From an uncultured Acidobacteriota bacterium (GTDB lineage Bacteria; Acidobacteriota; Thermoanaerobaculia; Multivoradales; UBA5704), in assembly GCA_963700145.1 (NCBI GenBank), contig OY969474.1, positions 1,312,001-1,376,000 on the forward strand: a stretch of DNA of 64,000 nt, given 5' to 3'. A program made the translations under genes and the position numbers. The notes below the pieces were generated by a model. The model had not been told where the DNA came from. It did not search any database and saw only the letters and a program-made list of their open reading frames with translations. This document shows, in pieces, positions 28,000-37,670 of the stretch; the stretch's first letter is position 1; every line of letters begins with the position of its first letter.

Positions 28000-29763
28000 A
28001 TGAAGAGGACCGCGCTCTGTGCGCTCGCGCTCGCGCTGTGCGCCGCGGGTCCGGCGGCCGCGAACGGCACGGCCGCCGCCGCCCCGCCGCCCGCGTCCCC
28101 CGCCCCGCTCCGCATCGCCGTCACCTACCCGGCGACGCTGGCGGCGGGGCCGCTCGACGGGCGGCTGTTGCTCGTGCTCTCGACCGATCTCGAGGGGGAG
28201 CCGCGCTTCCAGGTCGGCGACGACCTCGGGTCGCAGCAGGTCTTCGGGGTCGACGTCGAGGGGTGGCGGCCCGGCGAGGCGAAGGTCTTCGACGCCTCGG
28301 TCCTCGGGTTCCCGCTCGAGAGCCTCGCCCAGGTGCCGTCCGGCACCTACCGCGCGCAGGCGCTCCTCCACCTCTACGAGACCTTCCGCCGCGCCGATGG
28401 CCACACCGTCAAGCTCCCGATGGACCGCGGCGAGGGGCAGCAGTGGAGCCGCGCGCCGGGCAATCTCTTCTCGACGCCGCGCGAGCTGGCGGTCGATCCG
28501 CGCCGCGACGAGGAGCTGCGTCTGGCGCTCGACCAGACGATCCCGCCGCTCCCCGAGCCGGCCGCCACCAAGTACGTGCGCCACGAGCGCATCCAGTCCG
28601 AGCGGCTGACCGAGTTCTGGGGCCGGCCCATGCACCTGGGCGCCCACGTCCTCCTCCCCCACGGCTACGACGAGCACCCCGAAGCGCGCTACCCGCTGGT
28701 CATCTTCCACGGCCACTTCCCGGCCAACGTCACCGGCTGGCGCGAGGAGCCGCCTGACCCGGACATCCCGTGCGAGTACAGCGAGCGCTTCCGCCTCGAC
28801 TGCTACAACCGCATCCAGCAGGAGCAGGCCCACCAGCTCTACAAGGACTGGACCGGGCCCGGCTTCCCGCGCGCCATCGTCGTCGAGATCCAGCACGCCA
28901 ACCCCTACTACGACGACTCCTACGCCGTGAACTCGGCGAACCTCGGCCCCTACGGCGACGCCATCACCTACGAGCTGATCCCTTATCTCGAGAGGAAGTA
29001 CCGCGCGCTCGGCGCCGGCTGGGCGCGCTTCATGTACGGCGGCTCGACCGGCGGCTGGGAGGCGATGGCGGCGCAGCTCTTCTACCCCGACGAGTACAAC
29101 GGCGCCTGGATCGCCTGCCCCGACCCGATCGACTTCCGCGCCTACACGCTCGTCGACCTCTACGCCGACCGGAACGCCTACTACGCCGAGGGGCCGTGGC
29201 TGCGCGTCGCCCGCCCCGGCCACCGCGATGTCCTCGGCAAGGTCTCGACGACGATCGAGGCGATGAACCGCTCGGAGCTCGTGCTCGGCACCAACAGCCG
29301 CTCGGGCGGGCAGTGGGACATCTGGCAGGCGGTCTACTCGCCGGCCGGCGCCGACGGCTACCCGCGGCCGATCTGGGATAAGCGCATGGGCGCGATCGAC
29401 CCGGCGGTCGCCGCCCACTGGCGCGAGCACTACGACCTCGGGCACATCCTGCGCCGCGACTGGGAGAAGGGGCTGGGGCAGAAGCTCCAGGGGAAGCTCC
29501 ACCTCTACGTCGGCGACATGGACAACTACTACCTCAACGACGCCGTCTACCTGGTCGAGGAGTTCCTGAAGGGGACCACGAACCCGCCCTACGGCGGCGA
29601 GGTGGCCTACGGCGACCGCGCCGAGCACTGCTGGAACGGCGACCCGGCGCAGCCCAACGCCATCTCGCGCCTGCGCTACCACCAGATGTACCTGCCGAAG
29701 ATCGTCGAGCGGATCCTCGCTTCCGCCCCGCCGGGGGCGGACCTGACGAGCTGGCGGTATTAA
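28000..29763 (+). CDS. Exported putative esterase (alpha/beta hydrolase)
   Basis: Signal peptide; GGSTGG nucleophile elbow; VGDMD; EHCW; AAGGAG RBS. Confidence 0.8.
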   Translation: MKRTALCALALALCAAGPAAANGTAAAAPPPASPAPLRIAVTYPATLAAGPLDGRLLLVLSTDLEGEPRFQVGDDLGSQQVFGVDVEGWRPGEAKVFDASVLGFPLESLAQVPSGTYRAQALLHLYETFRRADGHTVKLPMDRGEGQQWSRAPGNLFSTPRELAVDPRRDEELRLALDQTIPPLPEPAATKYVRHERIQSERLTEFWGRPMHLGAHVLLPHGYDEHPEARYPLVIFHGHFPANVTGWREEPPDPDIPCEYSERFRLDCYNRIQQEQAHQLYKDWTGPGFPRAIVVEIQHANPYYDDSYAVNSANLGPYGDAITYELIPYLERKYRALGAGWARFMYGGSTGGWEAMAAQLFYPDEYNGAWIACPDPIDFRAYTLVDLYADRNAYYAEGPWLRVARPGHRDVLGKVSTTIEAMNRSELVLGTNSRSGGQWDIWQAVYSPAGADGYPRPIWDKRMGAIDPAVAAHWREHYDLGHILRRDWEKGLGQKLQGKLHLYVGDMDNYYLNDAVYLVEEFLKGTTNPPYGGEVAYGDRAEHCWNGDPAQPNAISRLRYHQMYLPKIVERILASAPPGADLTSWRY

Positions 29764-29828
29764 CGCCCGGCACGTAGGCCGGGCGCTACGAACGACGCCC
29801 GTAGCGCCCGGGCCACGTCCCGGGCGTT
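29762..29828. repeat. GTAG-type REP doublet (REPIN-like)
   Basis: Two inverted GTAG-CGCCCGG-N8-CCGGGCG-TT units separated by 11 bp. Confidence 0.8.
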
Positions 29829-29856
29829 TTCCGCGCGAGTACAATGACTCGCCTTC

Positions 29857-31812
29857 ATGCACTGCCCTTGCCCTCCTTCTATTCGCCGCGCGGCGCGGGC
29901 CGTTGCCGTCCTCGTCCTGGCTGCGGCGCCCACCGCCGCCCAGGAGCGGAGCCTCTACTGGGAGTCGCTCGACGTCTCGGGACGCCTCGACGCCGAGGGG
30001 CGCCTCCACGTCGCCGAGCGGCAGACCTACGTCTTCACCGGCGACTGGAACGGCGGCGAGCGGCGCTTCGAGGTGGGACGGGACGAGAAGCTCGAGCTGC
30101 TGCGCCTGTCCCGCGTCGATCCCGACGGCGGCGCGGCGCAGCCGCTCGTCGAGGGCGATCTCGACCTGGTGGACGAGTACGCCTGGGTCGAGGGGAACAC
30201 TCTCCGCTGGCGCAGCCGGCTGCCGAGCGATTCCCCCTTCGACCGCACGCGCATCACCTATCTCCTGGAGTACGTCTACGACGGCGTCGTGCGGCGGCGG
30301 GGCGACCTCTACCGCTTGGAGCACGACTTCGCCTTCCCCGACCGCAGCGGCGTCATCGAGCGCTTCGCGCTCGACCTCGCGGTGGCGCCCGAATGGCAGG
30401 TGGAGGGGCCGTTCAGATCGCGCGTCGAGCGCCGCGACCTGACGCCCGGCGACGGCGTCGTGGTCGCCTTGCCGCTGCGCTACGCCGGCGCCGGCCGGCC
30501 GGCCGCGGCGGTCGAGCCGCTGCCCTTCGGCGTGCGCGCCGGCGCCCTGGCGGCGCTGGCGGTGGGGGTCGCCGTGCTCCTCGGCCTCTTCCTGAGCGAC
30601 CAGTCGCGGCTCGGCCGCTTCTCGCCGCCGCGCCCCGTGATCGACCGCGCCTGGCTCGAGCAGCACCTCCTCTCGCAGCGCCCCGAGGAGATCGGCGCGC
30701 TCTGGGACCGCCGGACGGGGCCGCCGGAGGTGGCGGCGCTGATCGCCCGGCTGGTCGGGGAGGGGAAGCTCGCGAGCCGGGTCGAAGAGGGGAAGGGGCT
30801 CTTCGCCAAGCCGGTGCTGCACCTCGAGCTGCGGGCCGACCGCTCCGAGCTCAGCGACTACGAGCGCAAGCTCATCGACAAGCTCTTCTGGAACGGCCGC
30901 ACCGAGACCGACACCGCCAGCGTGCGCGAGCGCTACAAGGGGAGCGGCTTCGACCCGGCCAAGGCCATCGCGGCGGGGCTCGAGCAACGACTGCGGCGGC
31001 TCTTCCCCGCCGAGGCGCCGGGCTATCAAAAGCCGTCCCGTAAGCCGACCCTCGCGCTCTTGCTCGGCGGGCTCGCCTGCGTCGCGCTGGCGGGGATCCA
31101 ACGGCCCGCCGCGGCGATCTCCATCCTCTTCCTCGTGGCGACCGTCTATCTCGGTCCGTGGGGCATCGCGCTCGCGGGTGCCGCCTCCTGGCGGCAGCGC
31201 GTCCAGCGGCTGGCGCCGGCGGCGCTCGTCTTCGCGGTGCCGCTCCTCCTGATCTGCGGCATGACGGTGGTGCTCCTCCTCTTCGAGGAGCTCTTCGGAG
31301 CCGATCCCATCGTGCGCCTCGCCTTCTCGGCGGCGGCGCTCGTGCTGCTGCCGCTGGCGGTCGTCCGCAACGTCCTCAACATGGCGCGCAGCCGCGAGTC
31401 GGCCGAGACGATCGAGCGCCGCCAACTCCTCGCCGCCGCCCGCCGCTGGCTCGCCGGCGAGCTGGGCAAACCCGAGCCGCGGTTGGAGGACGCCTGGTAC
31501 CCGTACCTTTTGGCGCTCGGCCTGGAGACCGACGTCAGCCGCTGGTTCCGCGCCTTCGGCGGCGCGAGCGCCGGCGGCATGACGGCCGGCTCGAGCGCGG
31601 GCTGGAGCGGCAGCGGGGGCGGCGGCCTCTCCTCCGGTGGCTGGAGCGGCGGCGGCGGGGCCTTCGGCGGCGGCGGCGGCAGCTCGGGCTGGGGGGTGGC
31701 GGTGGCCGGCCTCTCGGCCGGAGTGGCTTCGCCGAGCTCGAGCGGCGGGGGCGGTGGTGGTGGCGGAGGCGGGGGCGGCAGCTCCGGCGGCGGCGGCGGT
31801 GGCGGGTGGTGA
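29857..31812 (+). CDS. DUF2207-like membrane protein with Gly/Ser-rich tail
   Basis: GRLHVAERQTYVF N-domain; PYLLALG; SSGGGGGGGW C-terminus. Confidence 0.8.
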   Translation: MHCPCPPSIRRAARAVAVLVLAAAPTAAQERSLYWESLDVSGRLDAEGRLHVAERQTYVFTGDWNGGERRFEVGRDEKLELLRLSRVDPDGGAAQPLVEGDLDLVDEYAWVEGNTLRWRSRLPSDSPFDRTRITYLLEYVYDGVVRRRGDLYRLEHDFAFPDRSGVIERFALDLAVAPEWQVEGPFRSRVERRDLTPGDGVVVALPLRYAGAGRPAAAVEPLPFGVRAGALAALAVGVAVLLGLFLSDQSRLGRFSPPRPVIDRAWLEQHLLSQRPEEIGALWDRRTGPPEVAALIARLVGEGKLASRVEEGKGLFAKPVLHLELRADRSELSDYERKLIDKLFWNGRTETDTASVRERYKGSGFDPAKAIAAGLEQRLRRLFPAEAPGYQKPSRKPTLALLLGGLACVALAGIQRPAAAISILFLVATVYLGPWGIALAGAASWRQRVQRLAPAALVFAVPLLLICGMTVVLLLFEELFGADPIVRLAFSAAALVLLPLAVVRNVLNMARSRESAETIERRQLLAAARRWLAGELGKPEPRLEDAWYPYLLALGLETDVSRWFRAFGGASAGGMTAGSSAGWSGSGGGGLSSGGWSGGGGAFGGGGGSSGWGVAVAGLSAGVASPSSSGGGGGGGGGGGGSSGGGGGGGW

Positions 31813-31813
31813 A

Positions 31814-31842
31814 AACGCCCGGCACGTAGGCCGGGCGCTACG
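31814..31842. repeat. GTAG-type REP singlet identical to 29762-29790
   Basis: aacgcccggcacgtaggccgggcgctacg. Confidence 0.8.
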
Positions 31843-32404
31843 GCGTGGGCGGCGGCTCGGGGCTGCCGGTCTCGACGAAGCGCTTCAGCCGCCCCGCCTG
31901 CTCGCCGATGACGCCGTCCACGGCGGGCGCGATCGGCGCCAGGCCGTGCAGCGCGTCGCCGCTCAAGCGGTAGGAGACCTCGAGGCGCGTCCCGCCCTCG
32001 GCCGGCGCCAGCTCGAAAGAGAGCAGCCCGTCGAGGCCCATCGCGAGGAGCGGCCCGAGCGCGCCGCGCAGGCGCAACGCCTGGTCCTTGACCGCGAAGA
32101 CGACGCGCGCGTGCTCGGCGCTCCCCTCCGCCCAGCGCTCGCAGAAGCACCCCCCGGCCTCGAGGGCGAGGCTCAGGTTCGCCGCCGACCCCGACCAGGA
32201 GTGCACGTTGCTCCACCAGCGGCCGACCTGGCCGAGCGCCGCATAGACCGCCGCCGGCGCGGCGCTCACCTGGAGCGTGTGCGCGACGAGGAAGCCATCC
32301 GGCGCGGACTGCTTCACTTCGGCCCCGACCGGGCGGGCGCCGAGGAGAACGGCGAGACAGACGAGACCGGCGAGCGCGGCGGCGGGGCGGCGGGTCGATG
32401 CCAT
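31838..32404 (-). CDS. SRPBCC/START-like exported protein
   Basis: APAAVYAAL..WW..HSWSG and GGCFCE motifs; signal peptide. Confidence 0.8.
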   Translation of the reverse strand: MASTRRPAAALAGLVCLAVLLGARPVGAEVKQSAPDGFLVAHTLQVSAAPAAVYAALGQVGRWWSNVHSWSGSAANLSLALEAGGCFCERWAEGSAEHARVVFAVKDQALRLRGALGPLLAMGLDGLLSFELAPAEGGTRLEVSYRLSGDALHGLAPIAPAVDGVIGEQAGRLKRFVETGSPEPPPTP

Positions 32405-32418
32405 GGGCGGTCCCTTTC

Positions 32419-33930
32419 CTAGTCCAGCCCTTCGATATGCGCGTCCAGCCCGCCGCGGAGGAGCTCTTCGGCGGCGGCGAGGTCGGGGGCCATCTCGCGG
32501 TCCTCGTCCCACATCGGCACGCGGGCGCGGACGGCGGCGTGCAGGCGCTCGAGCGGCGGGCTCGAGACCAGCGGGCGGAGGAGGTCGATCCCCTGCGCCG
32601 CGGCGAGGAACTCGATCGCCAGCACGCGCCGTACGTTGTCGACCACGGTCTGGAGCTTGAGCGCGGCGCCCATCCCCATCGAGACGTGGTCCTCCTTCTC
32701 GGCCGAGGTGGGGATCGAGTCGACGCTCGCCGGGTGGCAGAAGATCTTGTTCTCGGCGACCAGAGCGGCGGCGGTCACCTGCGCGATCATGAAGCCGGAA
32801 TTGAGCCCGGCCTCGCGCACCAGGAACGGGGGCAGCCCGGAGAAGGCGGTGTTGGTGAGCTTGTCGGTGCGCCGCTCGGAGATCGACGCCAGCTCGGCCA
32901 GAGCGATGGCCAGCACGTCGGCCGCCAGCGCCATCGGCTCGCCGTGGAAGTTGCCGCCGGAGAGGACCTCCCCCTCGTCGGGGAAGACCAGCGGGTTGTC
33001 GGTCACCGCGTTCATCTCGATCGCCAGCTTGCGCTCGACGTCGGCCAGCAGGTCGCGCACCGCGCCGTGCACCTGCGGCATGCAGCGCAGGGAGTAGGGG
33101 TCCTGCACCCGCAGGTCGCCGACGCGGTGGGACTCGCGGATCGCCGAGCCCTGGAGCAGGCGGAGGAGGTTGGCCGCACTGGCGAGCTGGCCGGGGTGGG
33201 GGCGCAGGGCGTGGATGCGCGGATCGAAGGCGGTGTCGGCGCCGCGCAGGGCGTCGGTCGAGGCGGCGCCGACCAGGTCGGCGAGGCGCACCAGGCGCCG
33301 CGCTTCGAGGGCGGCGAGCGCGAGCAGCGAGGTCATCGCCTGCGTGCCGTTGATCAGCGCCAGGCCTTCCTTGGCCTGCAGGACGAGGGGCGTGAGGCCG
33401 GCGCGGGCGAGCCCTTCGGCGCCCGGCATCTCGACGCCGCGCGCCCGCACCCGTCCCTTCCCGAGGAGCGGCAGCGCCAGGTGGGCCAGCGGGGCGAGGT
33501 CGCCGCTCGCCCCCACCGAGCCGCGGCTCGGCACGACCGGCAGCACCTCCTCGTTGAGCAGCGTGAGCAGGGCCTCGATCACCTCCGGCCGCACGCCCGA
33601 GTGGCCGCACGCCAGGGTGTTGGCGCGCAGCAGGAGCATGCCGCGCACCGCCGCGTCGCCCAGCGGCTCCCCCATCCCGGCGGCGTGCGAAAGGAGGAGC
33701 CGCTCCTGCAGGAGCGCCAGGTGGTCGTCGGGGATGCGCACCCGCGCCAGGTCGCCGAAGCCGGTGTTGACGCCGTAGATCGCCTCGCCGCGCGCGACCG
33801 CCCGCTCGACCGCGGCGCGCCCGGCCGCCACCCGCTCGCGCGCCGCCGGCGCCAGCGCGCAAGGGTCCCCCGCCAGGGCCACCGCGCCGAGCTGCTCGAG
33901 CGTCAGGCTGGCGCCGTCGAGTTGGATCAT
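32419..33930 (-). CDS. hutH: Histidine ammonia-lyase
   Basis: YGVNTGFG, LLLSH, GSVGASGDLAPL (MIO), QDPYSLRC, GGNFHG and EDHVSMG motifs. Confidence 0.95.
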   Translation of the reverse strand: MIQLDGASLTLEQLGAVALAGDPCALAPAARERVAAGRAAVERAVARGEAIYGVNTGFGDLARVRIPDDHLALLQERLLLSHAAGMGEPLGDAAVRGMLLLRANTLACGHSGVRPEVIEALLTLLNEEVLPVVPSRGSVGASGDLAPLAHLALPLLGKGRVRARGVEMPGAEGLARAGLTPLVLQAKEGLALINGTQAMTSLLALAALEARRLVRLADLVGAASTDALRGADTAFDPRIHALRPHPGQLASAANLLRLLQGSAIRESHRVGDLRVQDPYSLRCMPQVHGAVRDLLADVERKLAIEMNAVTDNPLVFPDEGEVLSGGNFHGEPMALAADVLAIALAELASISERRTDKLTNTAFSGLPPFLVREAGLNSGFMIAQVTAAALVAENKIFCHPASVDSIPTSAEKEDHVSMGMGAALKLQTVVDNVRRVLAIEFLAAAQGIDLLRPLVSSPPLERLHAAVRARVPMWDEDREMAPDLAAAEELLRGGLDAHIEGLD

Positions 33931-33951
33931 GTGGAGGGGAGTCTAGTGCTC

Positions 33952-34014
33952 TGTCATTCCGAGCGCAGCGAGCCCTTCCCCCGCCCAGATCCCTCGGCTT
34001 CGCTCGGGATGACA
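33952..34014. repeat. TGTCATCC-type palindromic repeat, copy 2 (partly deleted left arm)
   Basis: tgtcattccgagcgcagcgag..agatccctcggcttcgctcgggatgaca. Confidence 0.8.
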
Positions 34015-34043
34015 AAGACTGCCCGCTGGTATCCTGCTTGGCG

Positions 34044-35105
34044 ATGGATCCTTTGTTCCTCCGCGCCTGCCGCGGCGAGGCGACCGAGCGGGCGCCGGTG
34101 TGGATCATGCGCCAGGCCGGGCGCTACCTGCCGCAGTACCGCGCGGTGCGGGCGCGGGCGGACTTCCTGACCCTTTGCAAGACGCCGGAGCTGGCGGCCG
34201 AGGTCACAGTGCAGCCGGTGGACGTCCTCGGCGTGGACGCGGCGATCCTCTTCGCCGACATCCTGCTGCCGCTCGAAGCGATGGGCGCGGAGCTGGTCTT
34301 CTCCCCCGGCGACGGTCCCGTTTTCCCGCAGCCGGTGCGCACCCGCGAGGCCGTCGAGCGCCTGCGCGAGCCGGAGGTCGAGGAATCCCTCGGCTACGTC
34401 TTCGACGCGCTCCGGCTGGTACGGCGCGCGCTCGACGGCCGCGTGCCGGTGATCGGCTTCGGCGGCACTCCCTGGACGCTCGCCGCCTACCTGGTCGAGG
34501 GGGGCGCCTCGAAGCAGTTCCCGCACCTCCTCGGCTGGAGCTGGAGCGACCCCGAAGGCCTCGGGCGCCTCCTCCAGCGCCTCGCCCGCACCTCGCTCGC
34601 CTACCTGCGCGCGCAGGTCGAGGCCGGCGCCCAGGCGATCCAGCTCTTCGACACCTGGGGGGGCCTGCTCGACCTCGCGCGCTGGCGGCAGATCGCGCTG
34701 CCGCCGGTCCTCACCATCCTCGACGGGCTGCGCGGGCGCGTGCCGCTCATCTATTACCTAAACGGCGGCGCCCACCTCCTCCCCGCCCTCGCCGAGCTGC
34801 CGGTCGAGGTGCTGTCGGTCGACTGGCGGCAGCCGCTCTCGGAGGTGCGGCGGCGGGTGGGGCCCGGCAAGGCCCTGCAGGGGAACCTCGATCCCGCCGC
34901 CCTCCTCGCGCCGCCGGCCGAGATCGAGCGCCGCGTCGCCGAGCTGCTCGTCGAGGGGCGCGGCGGCGCGCACATCGTCAACCTCGGCCACGGCATCCTG
35001 CCGGCGACCCCGGTCGAGCACGCGCGGGCGTTCGTCGCGGCCGCGCAGCGGCTCTCCGCGGCCGGCGCCCCCCTACCCGAGCGCGCCGCCGCCGCGCGCG
35101 TCTGA
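34044..35105 (+). CDS. hemE: Uroporphyrinogen decarboxylase
   Basis: PVWIMRQAGRYLPQY, AAILFADIL, QGNLDP and NLGHGI motifs. Confidence 0.96.
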   Translation: MDPLFLRACRGEATERAPVWIMRQAGRYLPQYRAVRARADFLTLCKTPELAAEVTVQPVDVLGVDAAILFADILLPLEAMGAELVFSPGDGPVFPQPVRTREAVERLREPEVEESLGYVFDALRLVRRALDGRVPVIGFGGTPWTLAAYLVEGGASKQFPHLLGWSWSDPEGLGRLLQRLARTSLAYLRAQVEAGAQAIQLFDTWGGLLDLARWRQIALPPVLTILDGLRGRVPLIYYLNGGAHLLPALAELPVEVLSVDWRQPLSEVRRRVGPGKALQGNLDPAALLAPPAEIERRVAELLVEGRGGAHIVNLGHGILPATPVEHARAFVAAAQRLSAAGAPLPERAAAARV

Positions 35106-35123
35106 GCGCGCGGCCCCACCGTC

Positions 35124-36455
35124 ATGCCCGACGCGCTGGTCCTGGGGGCGGGGATCAGCGGCCTCGCCGCCGCCCGCGCGCTGCGCCGCGAGGGGGCCGA
35201 GGTCGTGGTGCTGGAGGCGGCAGAGATTCCAGGCGGCACCTTCCGCACCGCCGCCGCCCAAGGCTTCACCGCCGAGCTCGGTCCCACGACGGTGCAGGAG
35301 AGCGCCGAGCTGCGCGCGCTCGCCGAGGACGCCGGCTGCGCCGACCGACTGGTCGCCGCCGCGCCCGCCGCCCGCCGCCGCTACGTCGTCCATCGCGGCC
35401 GCCTCGTCCCGCTCCCCGGCTCGCCGCCGGCCCTCCTGCGCACGCCGCTCCTCTCCTGGCGCGCCAAGGCGCGGCTGGCCGCCGAGCCCTGGCGCCGCCG
35501 GGGCCGCGAGGGGCACGAAGAGAGCGTCGCCGCCTTCTTCCGGCGGCGGCTCGGCCCGGAGCCCGCCGCCGGCCTCGCCGATGCGATGACGCTGGGGATC
35601 TACGCCGGCGACCCCGAGGAGCTGGCGGTGGCGGGCGCCTTCCCGCGGCTCGCGGCGCTGGAGCGCGAGCACGGGAGCCTCTTCAAGGGGTTCAGGCGAG
35701 CGGGCGGCATGGGGGCGCGCCACCTCGTCGGCGCGCGCGGCGGCTGGCAGGCGTTCGCCGCAGCGCTCGCCGCGGGCCTGCAGGTCGAGACGCACTGCCG
35801 GGTGGACGGGGTGACACGGGCCGGCGGGCAGTTCCGGGTGCGGGTGCGGCAGGCGAGGGTCGAGCGCGACTTCGCGGCGCCGCGGCTCGTCGTCGCCCTC
35901 CCTGCCGCCGCGGCGGCGCGGGCGCTCGCCGGCCTCTCGCCGCACGGCGCCGCGGCCGGGCTCGACGCGCTGCCCCACGCGCCGGTCGCGGTCGTGGTGC
36001 TCGGCTGGGAGCGCGCCGCCGTCGCCCACCCGCTCGACGGCTTCGGCTTCCTCGCCCCCCATCGCGAGGGCCGGCGGCTGCTCGGCGCGATCTTCACCTC
36101 GACCCTCTTCCCCGCCGCCGCGCCCGCGGGCCACGTCCTGCTGACCGCGATGGCCGGCGGCCGGCGGCGCCCAGAGCTGGCGGACCTCCCCGAGCCCCGG
36201 CTCCTGGCCCTCGCCCGCGAGGAGCTGGCCGACCTCCTCGGCGCCAGGGGCGCGCCGGCCTTCGCCCGCGTCGCCCGCTGGCGGCCCGGGATCCCGCAGC
36301 CGACCGCGGCCCTGGCCGGCGTGCGCGCCGCCGCCGCGTCCCTGGAGCGCGCCAACCCCGGGCTCACCCTCCTCGGCAACTGGCTGCACGGAGTGGGGGT
36401 CCCCGACTGCGTGCGCGCGGGCTGGGGCGTTGACTCGCCGCGCCGGCCGCAGTAG
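35124..36455 (+). CDS. hemY: HemY-type protoporphyrinogen/coproporphyrinogen oxidase
   Basis: GAGISGL FAD motif; GIYAGDP; GFGFL; GVGVPDC; directly after hemE. Confidence 0.88.
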   Translation: MPDALVLGAGISGLAAARALRREGAEVVVLEAAEIPGGTFRTAAAQGFTAELGPTTVQESAELRALAEDAGCADRLVAAAPAARRRYVVHRGRLVPLPGSPPALLRTPLLSWRAKARLAAEPWRRRGREGHEESVAAFFRRRLGPEPAAGLADAMTLGIYAGDPEELAVAGAFPRLAALEREHGSLFKGFRRAGGMGARHLVGARGGWQAFAAALAAGLQVETHCRVDGVTRAGGQFRVRVRQARVERDFAAPRLVVALPAAAAARALAGLSPHGAAAGLDALPHAPVAVVVLGWERAAVAHPLDGFGFLAPHREGRRLLGAIFTSTLFPAAAPAGHVLLTAMAGGRRRPELADLPEPRLLALAREELADLLGARGAPAFARVARWRPGIPQPTAALAGVRAAAASLERANPGLTLLGNWLHGVGVPDCVRAGWGVDSPRRPQ

Positions 36456-36545
36456 CGTCGAGAAGAATCCGTCACAGCACCTGTAGCGACGCAGTCGAAC
36501 GCTGTTCGTCCGCGGCATGGCACCGCCTGCCGCAAGGAGGAAGGC

Positions 36546-36956
36546 ATGAACACTGGCCGCTTCGTGGGAGCCGGGATCGCGGTCTTCGTCGTCCGCTTCC
36601 TGCTCAACTATCTCTTCTACGGGGTGCTCATCCACCCCCAGTACCAGGCGATCTCCGACGCCCATCCGGGGATGTTCCGCGAGGTGATCCCCGCCTACGC
36701 CGTGCTCGATCTGATCGCGGCGCTCCTCATCGTCTGGTTCTTCGTCAAGTGCGGCGGCGGCTACGGCGGCGGCGTCAAGGCGGGCGTGACGCTGGGCATC
36801 CTGCTCGGGCTCTTCGGCCCGGTGCTCTGCGGGCTCTACACCTTCTTCAGCGTCACCTACTACTCGACGTCGCTGCTGGGGACGGAGATCGTCTACGTGC
36901 TCGTGGCGCACGCCATCCAGGGGGCGGTGGCGGCGCTGGTCTACAAGACGGCGTAG
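36546..36956 (+). CDS. Small 4-TM hypothetical membrane protein
   Basis: AAGGAGG RBS; four hydrophobic segments. Confidence 0.75.
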   Translation: MNTGRFVGAGIAVFVVRFLLNYLFYGVLIHPQYQAISDAHPGMFREVIPAYAVLDLIAALLIVWFFVKCGGGYGGGVKAGVTLGILLGLFGPVLCGLYTFFSVTYYSTSLLGTEIVYVLVAHAIQGAVAALVYKTA

Positions 36957-36959
36957 GCC

Positions 36960-37586
36960 CTAGAGCCACTCCCAGGAGCGGCCGTGCTGCCCCTGCGTGA
37001 CGTACTTGGTGCCGTCCGCGTTCGCAGGGGCGCCGTCGTCCCACTTGCGCAGCTCCACCTGCCCGGTGGCGCGGCTCGCCAGGTGGACTTCCAGGTAGTT
37101 CTCCCGGCTGTCCGCCAGGCGGATCGCCGGGAGCTCGTCGTCGACGGCGTCGGTCACCACGGCTCCGCTGCCGTTGAATTCCACCCACTGGGTAGGCGGG
37201 TCACCCAGCATGTTCAACATCGCCTCGTCGTCGTTCTCGCCGCCGCCGTGGGCGCGGAAGCTCACCGCGGCAGGTAGCTCGTAGCGGCCGAGCTCGCGGT
37301 CGACGCCGGCGTCGAAGTCGCCGTCGCCGCCCATCTCGACGTAGGCGAAGACCCGGCGGTTGGGGCCGTCGGCCACGACCCGCGCCGGGACGTTGCGCTT
37401 CAGCGCCTCGAAGCGGGCGCGTTGCATGAGGCTCGAGGTCTGGCGCGCGACCCCCTCGATCTTGCCGCGGTGCATGAACTTGTCGAGCGGCCCCACGGCG
37501 ATGAGCAGGAGGATCGCCATGAGCGCCAACGTGATGAGCAGCTCGACCAGCGTGAAGCCGGCCTGCCGGGGCGGACGGGGGAGCAT
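36960..37586 (-). CDS. GspH/FimT-like pseudopilin
   Basis: Prepilin cleavage motif QAG-FTLVELLI; ARFEALKRN. Confidence 0.88.
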   Translation of the reverse strand: MLPRPPRQAGFTLVELLITLALMAILLLIAVGPLDKFMHRGKIEGVARQTSSLMQRARFEALKRNVPARVVADGPNRRVFAYVEMGGDGDFDAGVDRELGRYELPAAVSFRAHGGGENDDEAMLNMLGDPPTQWVEFNGSGAVVTDAVDDELPAIRLADSRENYLEVHLASRATGQVELRKWDDGAPANADGTKYVTQGQHGRSWEWL

Positions 37587-37670
37587 GGCGTTTCAGTGTA
37601 CTCCGGTCGCCGAGCGGGGGGTAGATGCAGCCATCGCCAACCGCGCAGCCCGGGAAGCTAAGCTCGCGGC

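Noticed and set aside
27961-31425. Very long antisense and alternate-frame ORFs (e.g. 1154 aa here; also 5933-8782, 40891-43824, 17820-19214)
   Set aside because: Arg/Gly/Ala-rich shadow ORFs expected from stop-codon scarcity at high GC; they overlap well-supported genes and lack motifs.
31560-31812. GGC-rich microsatellite
   Set aside because: It encodes the usual Gly/Ser tail of DUF2207-like proteins.
36456-36545. Riboswitch in the leader of the 4-TM gene
   Set aside because: No recognisable aptamer consensus or terminator; an Rfam scan would be needed.
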